Positions 54,521 to 64,000 of a stretch of 64,000 nucleotides of DNA are shown here, one piece after another. The position numbers were made by a program, and so were the translations under genes. How positions within the stretch are numbered: the first letter of the stretch is position 1; each line of letters starts with the position of its first letter. Under the pieces are notes generated by a model. It did not search any database. It was not told the DNA's origin and saw only the letters and a program-made list of their open reading frames with translations. Origin of the DNA: Glaucostegus cemiculus (lineage: Eukaryota); assembly GCA_976551045.1 (NCBI GenBank), contig CDPCPM010000043.1:6386001-6450000 (forward strand). Reading direction: 5' to 3'.

Positions 54521-56064
54521 GAGCTGATATAGAGAAAATGCAAAGACTGAGATAAATGTGATAAATATAAGAGGGAAGGGGGAAGAATAAACGCTTGTTA
54601 GGTGAGATCTGAGCAGTTTAATGCAGGGAAATGAAATGGATCCAAACTGAAGAACCAGGAGGAGAGAGGGAGAATAAATATATAGGGCAAGAGAAAGGTT
54701 TAGAGTTAGTACAGAATAGAGGGAGGTGAATAGGTATAGTGTGAGTTCAGAAGAAGCGAAATAGTGATATCACTAAAGCAGGAGAGAAGGAGGGAGGAAC
54801 ACGAGGAGAAGGTAGTTGGTTATTTAGGGAAAGAGAGGATAGATTGAAAGAAAGGAAAATACAGGGTTCAGAGTGGAGATAGATGTAGAAGAGAAAATAA
54901 GATAATTATACAGAGGAAAAAGACAATCTAGTTTGGTTTACCTGGTGAGTTTTGTTTTAATGTATAGTACCACTGGTACTGAGAAGGATTGAAAGCTACT
55001 CATGATCAACAAGGTTGGCTTATTTTGGCAGTGAGAGAGGTAAAGAAATGAACATTGTTATTACAATTGATAAAGATTGAGAGAGGGTTGTGAAGAAAGG
55101 TTGAGTGCTATATAGATGAAGCCTGCCAGACAAATAGACGACCAACAGCAACTTCAGGGGAAGACATAGAAGAAACATAGTAATAGCTATATACATAAAA
55201 CTAACACCAATATACAAAAAAAAACGTACTCTGAGATAAAGAATAGAATCAGGAAAATGTTAAAAGCAGAGTCAAGCGACAGGCAACTGAAGAGCTGGGA
55301 TCAAGGGGTATATAGAATAGCAACAGTGGTAGGACTTTCAGAAGATTTATGTGGCTGAGGTAGTGAAGATACTGATAGCAGGAGCAGCCATCTAACCTCA
55401 GACAGGAAGAGTGAGACATTGAGTATATCTTAAATAATATAGACAAACAAAGAAAGAGAGATGTGGGAAGACAAAATAGATAAAGATAAATAAACAGGAT
55501 GAGTTTAGGGACCGCGAGGGAAAAAGTGCTGAAATCCTTTGGAAATGGCAATGAGATTCAGGCCATTAGAAGTGTCATTTTCACATGTAAAAGAAAGTAA
55601 GTGGGCTGGACCACAGAACAAAATAAGGGTCTGCTAAAGAGACAGATACAAAGAAACTGAGGCAGAATACAGAGGGATAGAAATAGTCAAGGATTGGGTA
55701 AAATTTGTCGAACCCGATATTGTGAATTCAGATTTTGAATTCAGCAATAGAGCGCACCTTTAGTTTTTAGAATATAACTGTTAATAAGTTTGTATCAGGC
55801 TCAGAATGAAGGCAGATTAGATTTGCGAATTCATGAAAAGAGCGGTGGCACAAACGGGACTGAAAGAAAGTATGCAACAGAAGAGAGTAGAAGATTTGGC
55901 AACAGTTGTACAGATTAATAGGACTTGTAGGGACAGTACAGGAGTACTGGAGTCTGTAAAGTCTGCCGGGGCAGGAGGCAAACTCAGAGACAACAGTCAG
56001 TAAAGGAATAAGCCGGGGAAGGTCAAGACAAAACACTCAAGCCTGTGTCTTCATCAGGAACGGC

Positions 56065-56171
56065 ATGGCTGCAGAGAACAGCGCCCTACCTGAACTGAAC
56101 CAGGACAAATACGATGGGGATGAACACATCAAAATCATCTGTTTAGGAGACAGTGCTGTGGGCAAATCCAA
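56065..56171 (+). CDS. RABL2: RABL2 coding exon 1 (G1 P-loop GDSAVGKS)
   Basis: Acceptor catcag| at 56057, ATG at 56065, donor gtaagt. Confidence 0.95.
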
Positions 56172-59100
56172 GTAAGTAAAAGTGTGACTGGGCATTGGGG
56201 TCAGGTGAGAGGCATCAACAACATGAGGCCCATCACTGTAAAAGGAATTTATTTCTCCTCTCCCTCCCTGGAAGGGCAGCTCCTTACTGGGGTAGAGATT
56301 ATATGAAGTGTCAGCCTCCGTCCACATGCCTGTCAAATATTTGGCTCCAGAAAGGAAGGCTTTTTCACTTGGGCAGTGCATCAAGTCAGGTCTCACCTAC
56401 TCTCAACCAATGCACACATTTGGCCTTCCAGCAGAACTTGCTGGATTGTGATCAGAAGGCGAAGCTCTCGTAGACATCTCCCCCATCCTCTCCCAGAGAC
56501 TGCTGAGTGAAGCAAAATGTCTATTTTGTTGTTTAGCTAATTTCAAAGGGCTTCCGAAACCTGTGCCCTCTACCATCCAGAAAGATCAGAGTAACAGGCA
56601 AATAAGAATACCGGCATTTGCAAGTTCCCTTTCGAAGAGTTGCCAGGTCTAAGTTCTGGAATTTCCTACTCAATAGCATTACAGGATCACTTGTACTCGA
56701 TGAACTATAACAGTTAAATAAGGAGGCAAACCACCCAGCTTCTGAAGGGCAGTTTAGGGATGGGTAGAGTCATACAGCATGGAAAGAGGTTCGACAGCCC
56801 CCCAAGTCCATGCCTGCCATCAGCCACCCACTTACACTAATCCCATTTGATTCTCCCCACGTTACCATCAACATCGCCCAGACTCTACCACTCACACTTA
56901 TACCAGGGGCAGTTTACCGTGGCCAATTCACCAACCAACCTACTGATCATTGGAATGTGGGAGAAAACCAGAACACCCAGAGGAAATGCACATGGTCACA
57001 GGGAGAATGTGCCAACTCCACACACAGCACTGGAGAGTCAGGACTGAAACCCAAATAGCTGGAGCTGCGAAGTAGTAATAATAATAATAATAATAATAGT
57101 AATGTTTATTTATTTATTAGTCACGTACATCGAAATGTGTCTTTTTGCATTAACAACCAACACAGTCTGAGAATGTGCTGAGAGTAGCCCGAAGGTGTCG
57201 CCACACTTCCGGTGCCAACATAGCATGCCCACAGTTTTCCAATCAATATGTTTTTTGGAATGTGGGAGGAAACTGGAGCATCCGGAGGAAACCCACAAAG
57301 TCACAGGGAGAACGTACAAACTCCTTACAGACAGCAGCAGAATTGAACTGGGGTCGCTGACACTGTAATAGCATTACTCTAACCACTACACTACCATGCT
57401 GCCATATACACTACTGTGCAGCAGGGACCACTCTGTCTGTGACTCCCTGGTGTGCTCTTTCCCCCTCCCCCTTCTCCTCCCCAGGCAATTTCCCCTGCAA
57501 CTCTAGGCATTGCACCTTTTCCTACACCTCCTCCCTCACCACCATCCAGGGACCTAAAACAGGCCTTCCAAGTGAGTCATAGATTCACATGCCCCTCCTC
57601 CAACCTGGTCTTTTGCATCCGGGGCTCTCAATGTGGCCTTGTCTACATGAGTGTGACCAGGCTTTACTGTGCACCAGTGCTCTGTCCGCACTAGCTATCT
57701 AGAGCTCCCGGTTGCAAGCCATTTTAATTCCCCTCCCCTCCCAATTCCCATACCAATCTCTCTGTCCTCAGCCTCCTCCACTGCTAGTGTGAGGCCAAAT
57801 GCCAGCTAGAAGAGCAGCACCTCATATTCTCCCAAGGTAGTCTGCAACCTGATGGCCTGAACATTGAATTCTCCAGTTTCTGGTAATGTGCTCCCCCTCT
57901 GTCCCTTTGTCTCTCCTCTTGATCTACCCTGGTCCTCTCACACACACCCCTCTCCTCCAACCCTCTCCCTCTCTCCCACCCTCCTTGCGTTCTCCAACAG
58001 TTCATTCTTTGCTCCAGGTTCCAGCATCTGCATTTTCTCATATTTCCTGTCAATGTAAGCTCCAATTATTTTTCCCTTCTGTGCTTGTTTAGAAGACATA
58101 ACTATAATGGCATCATAAATGTCAATTTATTTGACCTAAAGATTAAAAACTACAGCAGGCTGGTGCAACTTCCTGTCAATCTTAGGAAGGAACAGTGTTA
58201 CAAAACTGGATTTGATAAGCAGGCTGAATTGGATATTGGAGGGAGAGCACTCTGTAATAGGAAGAAGTGGGCAAGAAATTAAAATGGGTAGAGTTTTTTT
58301 TTAAGCAATTCACCCTTGGTGTTGATATTGAAAGGGAGGGTAGAATAAGAAAGGACAGGCTTGGCATTGTGATGTCCTCCAGGATGATCTGGGAGTTATG
58401 AGCAATCTTGGCTGAAGAGTGAGATGCAGCATTAATGCAGAGGAGCTAAATTTGGTGAATTATGTCCAACTTGTGCACAAGCTGCACAGCAGCTCCTGAC
58501 ATAGGAGAACAGGGGCACAAATTTTCTGGGATAACAGTGGAGTTGGACATGAAACTTGGAAGGGATTGGGAGTCAAAGATAAAGGTAAGGGAACAGCCAA
58601 GCACCTAATCCACTCTTAAAGTTCAAGGAAGCAACATCAGGCTGGTGCATTGAGCCTTCAAAGCCAATTTCCCATCTCAGTTCAAATTGAACAGAATACA
58701 GGAGGCTGGCAGAACCCAGGAGGATATGTTGATCTTTAGAATTCCTGAGGGACTTGCATAGCATTTGGTTCCCGGATGAAGAATTGTCCATATCAGTAGA
58801 TTTTGACATTAAAGCAGATTTCCTTTTTCCATATTGTGCATAGATTTTCATTCTTCAGCTCTCAGTATCCATAAGACTTCAATAGCTGAGTCAGATCTTC
58901 TATATCAGCAATGTTCCTGCATTGATACATAGTGAATTGAGTGAAAAGGGGAGTGGACACTCAGTCCCCTGAGTCTTACACTAATTTCTTTGGATGATGT
59001 GTGTTTTGCAGGTTGATGGAAAGATTCCTGATGGATGGATAGTATCCTTTGTGAGATCTACATGTGGATAAAATGCTGGTGGCCAAGGACAGGAAGGAAA

Positions 59101-62100
59101 TCCTGATCCCTTGAGCTCATTAGCTCTGATTTGATTCCTGTTTTGTATTATTTGTGTATTCCCTCTCATCATATCTTGAAGGAGGAATGCCCAATGATTA
59201 CTACCCTCATTGCCAAGTGTTGCTTCTGCAGAAATTGGTTGGCTGTAGAACTGCTACTCCAATGATAGACGTTGCTCTAGTGACTCCTACTTTAGCTGCA
59301 CACATTTTTTTTCAAAGGACATTATGCCCACAATAGTTTAACGTACTCCATGCTTGTGTATATATTTATGTTAATCAGCATTTATTAATCAAATTAAAAT
59401 GCTCAGCAAATTCTCAAAAAACAACTTTCATTCCTTTTTCTTTTATCATCAAGTGGTCAAAGCTTAGCATTCACACACAAAAGCAAGTATTGAGACCACA
59501 AACATCACCATGCTATTTAGCTCACAATTTACTAATCATACAGTTGGTAGTGTATATATTACTTTACTTGCTATCTAGTCAATACATGTTTAAATGCCAC
59601 TCTAGCAGTCTGAGAAATTGAATTTAGTTCAAGGAATAACTGGAAGTAAAAAGAGTGCTACTGCAGATGACTGAATTTATTGAATTTGTGAAAAGCCCAA
59701 ATCTTTTACTGGTGTCCATTTACAGAAGGAAACTACTTTTCTGACTTTATCTAGCACATTAGTCCTACAGTGAAATGGCTGAATTTTAATATCCTGCAAA
59801 TCATCCAGAAAGCTACCTAGTTGTATCAAAGCTGCTACTCAGTAAGGTGGTCCTCCACCCCCTCCTTATGAAAATTGGCAATGGACAATGCTGCCCCATT
59901 CTAAAAATTAAACAAAATAATATTAGGAAAATGATCAGACCCAAAGTAATGTACTCATCCTCCTGTTAATGTAGCCTAACCTAAGACAGATAGGCTTAGA
60001 TGTTTGTTGGTTTGCTGTGCGACAGTTGTGTGATTATAACTGCTTGGGTAAATGTAGCTATTTATAAACATGTATGGTTAATTCTGGCACCTGTAACTGC
60101 ATTACATTCTGGCTCCTGGTCAAATGAACACAGCATGAAATTTGAAAATGCCAGGAACACTGAACTGATTGGGAAGCATCTGCAAAGGTTTCAGCTGGAT
60201 GACCATGCACTGCTGCTTGAACTGCTCCACATTTCCAACATTTTCTGCTTTAACACTTTGCTTTTTGTTCCAAATATGGAATTATCTTTAAAGATTATTT
60301 TGAACCCCAAACAATTGAGAGCATCTTGTCATATAGTGGAGCTACTAAATGGGAAAAGTGTATCATTTAATTACCAGGATGTTTTTCTCTCAGTCTTTTA
60401 TGCCCTAACTTGGATTCCAGTCGTCCTCAGCAGCTGTCCACTTACGCGTTGACGCTGTACAAATATACCACCAAAGTCAATGATAAAACTGTTCTAGTGG
60501 GTAAGTGTTAACCCTTCTTCATTTGCTCTTAACCTTCGCAATCAACCAAGAAATTGGTAATTGGCAATTGGTTTATTATTGTCACATGTACTGAGATACA
60601 GTGAAAAACTTTGTTTAGCCTGCCAAGAAAGAAAAGGGTGAGTTCCAACAATATCACAAAAGCCTCTGCACTAAAATTGCCATGAATTTGGTTAACCTGT
60701 CAAGTTCTCAAACAACCAAGTTTTTTCTCAACAAGGTAGTCAGTAGTCTGTGTCAGAGTCTGGCCATTCAGGAGCGAAATCACAAATTTATGCTCCATGC
60801 AAATGATAGTGAAAATTTCCAACACCCTCCTTCAAATGGCCCCGAGTGCTGGGGCTGAACTGCAACTTCTCAGTGTAAGTTTGAGAGGTTTGTCTGGCAT
60901 TAGAAAGTGAATCCAAATTGGTCAATGGAATTGTGGCGAAACTTAACCAAGATCTAATTGAATGGCAGAATAGAGTTTGTATTGCACCTTTCACATCTTC
61001 TCAATGTACCATTGTGTATCATGGCCAAAGATGCAGTTTTGTTTAATGGTCATTTTGGTAAGGTAGGAAATGTGACTGTCTTGCACAGAACAAGATTCCT
61101 GATCAACAGTGATATAAATGAAAAGGTAATCACGTTTCGTGATACCAGTTGAGGAATAAATATTGGCTGGGAAACCAGGAGAAATCAACAGTAACAGCAA
61201 CTTGCATTTTTGTATTGACTTTAGCATAATGAAATATCTCAAGGCACCATACAGGAATATTATCCAAAAAATAAAACTGTAAAACCACACAAATGAGTAA
61301 TAGCTTGATCAAAGAAAGGAGAGTTGAACATTTCCATCACCACGTCAATTAGTATTGTGAGTTCCTTTATATTCATTACAGAGAACAGATGTGTCCTCAG
61401 TTCAATGACTCATCTGAGAAAATGGCACTTCTGACAATGCATAGAACTGAAGGGATCACTGAAATGACAGCCTGTGTTCTTGAATCTCTGTAGTGAAGTT
61501 TGAACACAATACCTTTAACTTATCCAATGAGGATGCCCCCATTGAGTTACACGTGGCATCAGAAGAGGATTGAGGGGATGACTACCTTTTTTCTGATTCT
61601 ATTGAAGGAGCTTGAAGTGTTACATATTAATAGCTTGAAAGAAGCTCTTCTGGAGAGTGAAGAGATTGAGACACTTGGGGGAGAAGGGTTATGGTGAAAA
61701 GCAGGATAAATAAAGCTTAGGGATAGTGAAAATAGACTTATGTACTGTATATATTTTAATCTTAATATTCAAAATTTAAAAATATGCTTTGAAAGTGCAA
61801 TAGTTGAAACTATGGGTGTTTTCTTTCACAGATTTCTGGGACACAGCAGGACAGGAGCGTTTTCAGAGTATGCATCCATCCTATTACCATAAGGCACATG
61901 CCTGTATCATGGTGGGTCTTTGCAGATTCTACTTTTGTGCAAAAGGTTATTTAAGTAAACAAGGTAGTTTTTTCCCACAATGTTTAATGCAGATAAATGT
62001 ATCACAATGTTACTGTCAAAACCACAAGCAACAAATAAGTTCTGCTTGCTTGATGTAAAGTAAACACTTGTTCTGGGCCTGTTGATCATTAAAGATGTCA

Positions 62101-63542
62101 TAGAGTACCACATACCCTGAAGGTTTCAAACATTGAGCCTGTCGTGGAAGTTTGCTTGGTTCAGATTTGCAATTGCAGTTACATTCAAACTGCCTCAGCC
62201 TCGAGGAGAACCTATCTGACTTTCAACTAATGTCTTCCCACTGTCATTGCCACAAGGTTCAAGTTTTCCCATCAGGTGAATAATTGACATCGACTTTCAT
62301 TGAGGAACTGGGATCAGTTCCAGCACCTTTCTCCTATTTGGATCTTTAAACATCTATATCCAGTGCCAGCTGTACTCTGTTTCTAGTAACTGCAGTATCT
62401 GCCTTGGCAGTATTTAGCTGGACTGTGTAGAGGAAGCTGTACTCTGTATCTTATACAAACTTTAAGAGTTTTTGATTGGTTAACATGAAGCAAGCTTAAT
62501 GTTGTGGTTGCCAATGTGCAGAACAGAAAACTAATTTATTTTATCATTTTGAAATCAGGTGTTTGATGTGCAGAGGAAGATAACTTACAAAAATTTGAGT
62601 AACTGGTACACTGAGCTGAGGGAGTCTCGGCCTGAAATCCCTTGCGTGATTGTTGCTAACAAAATAGATGGTGAGTTCAAAGGTTATACATCAGTCACAC
62701 TGATACTTGAACCTAAGTTCCAGCTGAAGTGCTGGCTGATCAATAAAGGACATCATAGACTAGTTGCTACTGAGGAAGGCCATTCAGTGCACCTATCCTT
62801 TGGGAGAGATTCCACAGTTAAGCTCATCGTGTAACCCACTGTTGCTTAAATAATTCCAGGAATTTATTCCACTTCCTTAAATTGAAGGGAAATGTTATTG
62901 TTTCCATTTCGGCACAGCTTTGTGGGCCGAAGGGCCTAAATTGTGCTCTAGGTATCTATGTTCTATGAATTTCTTGAGTCAATCATAAATTTAATTATCC
63001 TATTGCTCATTTGCCCTTTTGTTTGTTTTTGTTAATTTGATGAAGAATCTCTTTATTCTTCCTTTATTGTTCACTGGTTAGTAGAACATACTGTTTTCCT
63101 TGAAAGACCCAAGCTCCCTTTCTCTATTTTTATTTTCCCCACTTCCCAATTCACTGGCACTGTTGAGCTTAGAACTTCTGAGAGTGAACAGTGTAGTCAA
63201 CTGCGAGCAGGAGAATGGGGGCTGATGGTAGGCGAATGAGGGCAAGTGGAGAGAACAAAGTGTGAGGGGGGTGGATTGTAAGGATTCAGAGGAGGGCAAG
63301 CAAGTTCAAATTCTAGAGTTAGGTTTTGGACACTGTGTCAGCGGTCGTTCCTGAATAGGGGTGGAGGATTTGCAGAGCTTCTCATATGTACAGTGACTGC
63401 CAGTGTGCATCTGAATGAACACCACACTACTACCTCTCTTCCAGCTGATTTGAAAATCACACAGAAAAGCTTCAACTTTGCCAAGAAGCATGGATTACCT
63501 TTTTACTTTGTGTCAGCAGCGGATGGGACTAATGTTGTAAAG
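56065..63542 (+). CDS. RABL2: RABL2 (Rab-like 2, ciliary/IFT-associated GTPase), first six coding exons; 3' end lies outside the window
   Basis: Spliced product MAAENSALPELNQDKYDGDEHIKIICLGDSAVGKSKLMERFLMDGYRPQQLSTYALTLYKY...DFWDTAGQERFQSMHPSYYHKAHACIMVFDVQRKITYKNL...ANKIDADLKITQKSFNFAKKHGLPFYFVSAADGTNVVK, closely matching human RABL2. Confidence 0.95.
56765..57075 (-). mobile_element. V-SINE, reverse strand
   Basis: ggaatgtgggagaaaaccagaacacccagaggaaatgcacatggtcacagggagaatgtgccaactccacaca, the reverse V-domain. Confidence 0.85.
57076..57403 (-). mobile_element. Second V-SINE subfamily with an (AAT)n/(TTTA)n tail, apparently inserted into the head of the previous SINE
   Basis: ggaatgtgggaggaaactggagcatccggaggaaacccac...gaattgaactggggtcgctg...aaccactacactaccatgctgcc. 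Confidence 0.8.
57420..58050 (+). mobile_element. Penelope-like element, GIY-YIG endonuclease remnant plus terminal sequence
   Basis: FQVSHRFTCPSSNLVFCIRGSQCGLVYMSVT (FTCxSxNxxYCIxCxxCGxxYIGET pattern), then LEEQHLIF...SLQPDGLNIEFS, ending ttccagcatctgca. Confidence 0.85.
59012..59041 (+). CDS. RABL2: RABL2 coding exon 2 (30-nt microexon)
   Basis: ttttgcag| (K)LMERFLMDG(Y) |GTATCCTTT, a U12 donor. Confidence 0.92.
59042..60420 (+). other. RABL2: U12-type (minor spliceosome) GT-AG intron
   Basis: The 5' splice site GTATCCTTT matches the U12 consensus exactly. The branch-site-like TGCCCTAAC (60401-60409) is 11 nt from the intron end, with no pyrimidine tract. Confidence 0.88.
60421..60500 (+). 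CDS. RABL2: RABL2 coding exon 3
   Basis: ttccag| RPQQLSTYALTLYKYTTKVNDKTVLV |gtaagt, 80 nt. Confidence 0.95.
61135..61555 (-). mobile_element. Deu-domain SINE remnants
   Basis: gttgaggaataaatattggctggga and catctgagaaaatggcacttctgacaatgca...gaagtttgaacacaatacc. Confidence 0.5.
61832..61911 (+). CDS. RABL2: RABL2 coding exon 4 (G3 WDTAGQE)
   Basis: ttcacag| DFWDTAGQERFQSMHPSYYHKAHACIM |gtgggt, 80 nt. Confidence 0.96.
62559..62670 (+). CDS. RABL2: RABL2 coding exon 5 (G4 NKID)
   Basis: aaatcag| VFDVQRKITYKNLSNWYTELRESRPEIPCVIVANKID |gtgagt, 112 nt. Confidence 0.96.
63445..63542 (+). CDS. RABL2: RABL2 coding exon 6 (G5 VSAA)
   Basis: cttccag| ADLKITQKSFNFAKKHGLPFYFVSAADGTNVVK |gtaggt, 98 nt. 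Confidence 0.96.
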
Positions 63543-64000
63543 GTAGGTGCAAAGCCATGGGAAATTGCATCTGAAGGAATTCCTGTGTCTTCAGGATTAA
63601 CAGCTGAATAGACAGGAGAGGGTATGACATGAGAAGTGGGAGGTAGGTATAGAATCAGTGTAGAGCTATTACTGGTAGTCCAGTCCAATTACCTTGGCAG
63701 TAGTTAAAGGGTACAAGTTCACAAATGCAAAAAAAAAAATAGGCAAAAAAGGAGAAAAGAATGCATTGCACAGAGGAATACTAGAACATGGGACCCATTG
63801 CATAAACATGGAGCAAAGAGGCCACTCTTAATTCCCTCCTGATTTGTTAGTTACTCTCGTTTTCAACAGGAGGGAAAATCTTCCCTCCGTATACAAACTT
63901 AAGTAGAGCCAACGTGGGCATTTGGTTCTTTGGGCCTATTCTGGTATCATGGTCAAACGTTCTCTCTCAGCATCACTCTTCCAGAGAAAAGATCAGTTTT

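Overview
Vertebrate nuclear DNA, most likely from a cartilaginous fish (inferred from the repeat landscape: CR1/HER1-type LINEs, V-domain and Deu-domain SINEs, Penelope remnants, and ~65/68-bp dispersed tandem units). Three spliced genes lie in tandem on the + strand. (1) The last two coding exons and 3' UTR of GOLGB1/giantin (95-662). (2) A complete HCLS1 (HS1, cortactin paralogue): 15 coding exons, 15273-47801, 1599 nt or 532 aa, with a probable non-coding first exon in a CpG-rich island near 10 kb. (3) The first six coding exons of RABL2 (56065-63542), which runs off the window end. Almost all ORFs in the supplied track are spurious or are TE or low-complexity fragments. The most notable observations are these. 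This HS1 has 5.5 cortactin repeats, including a recently duplicated 111-nt exon (103/111 identical); the duplicates are flanked by a shared 28-bp minisatellite and one copy uses a GC donor. RABL2 has a U12-type intron with nested U2-type sites, a candidate twintron that would yield a stop codon. I found no convincing evidence of a wholly new biological system; the findings are lineage-specific gene-architecture and splicing features.
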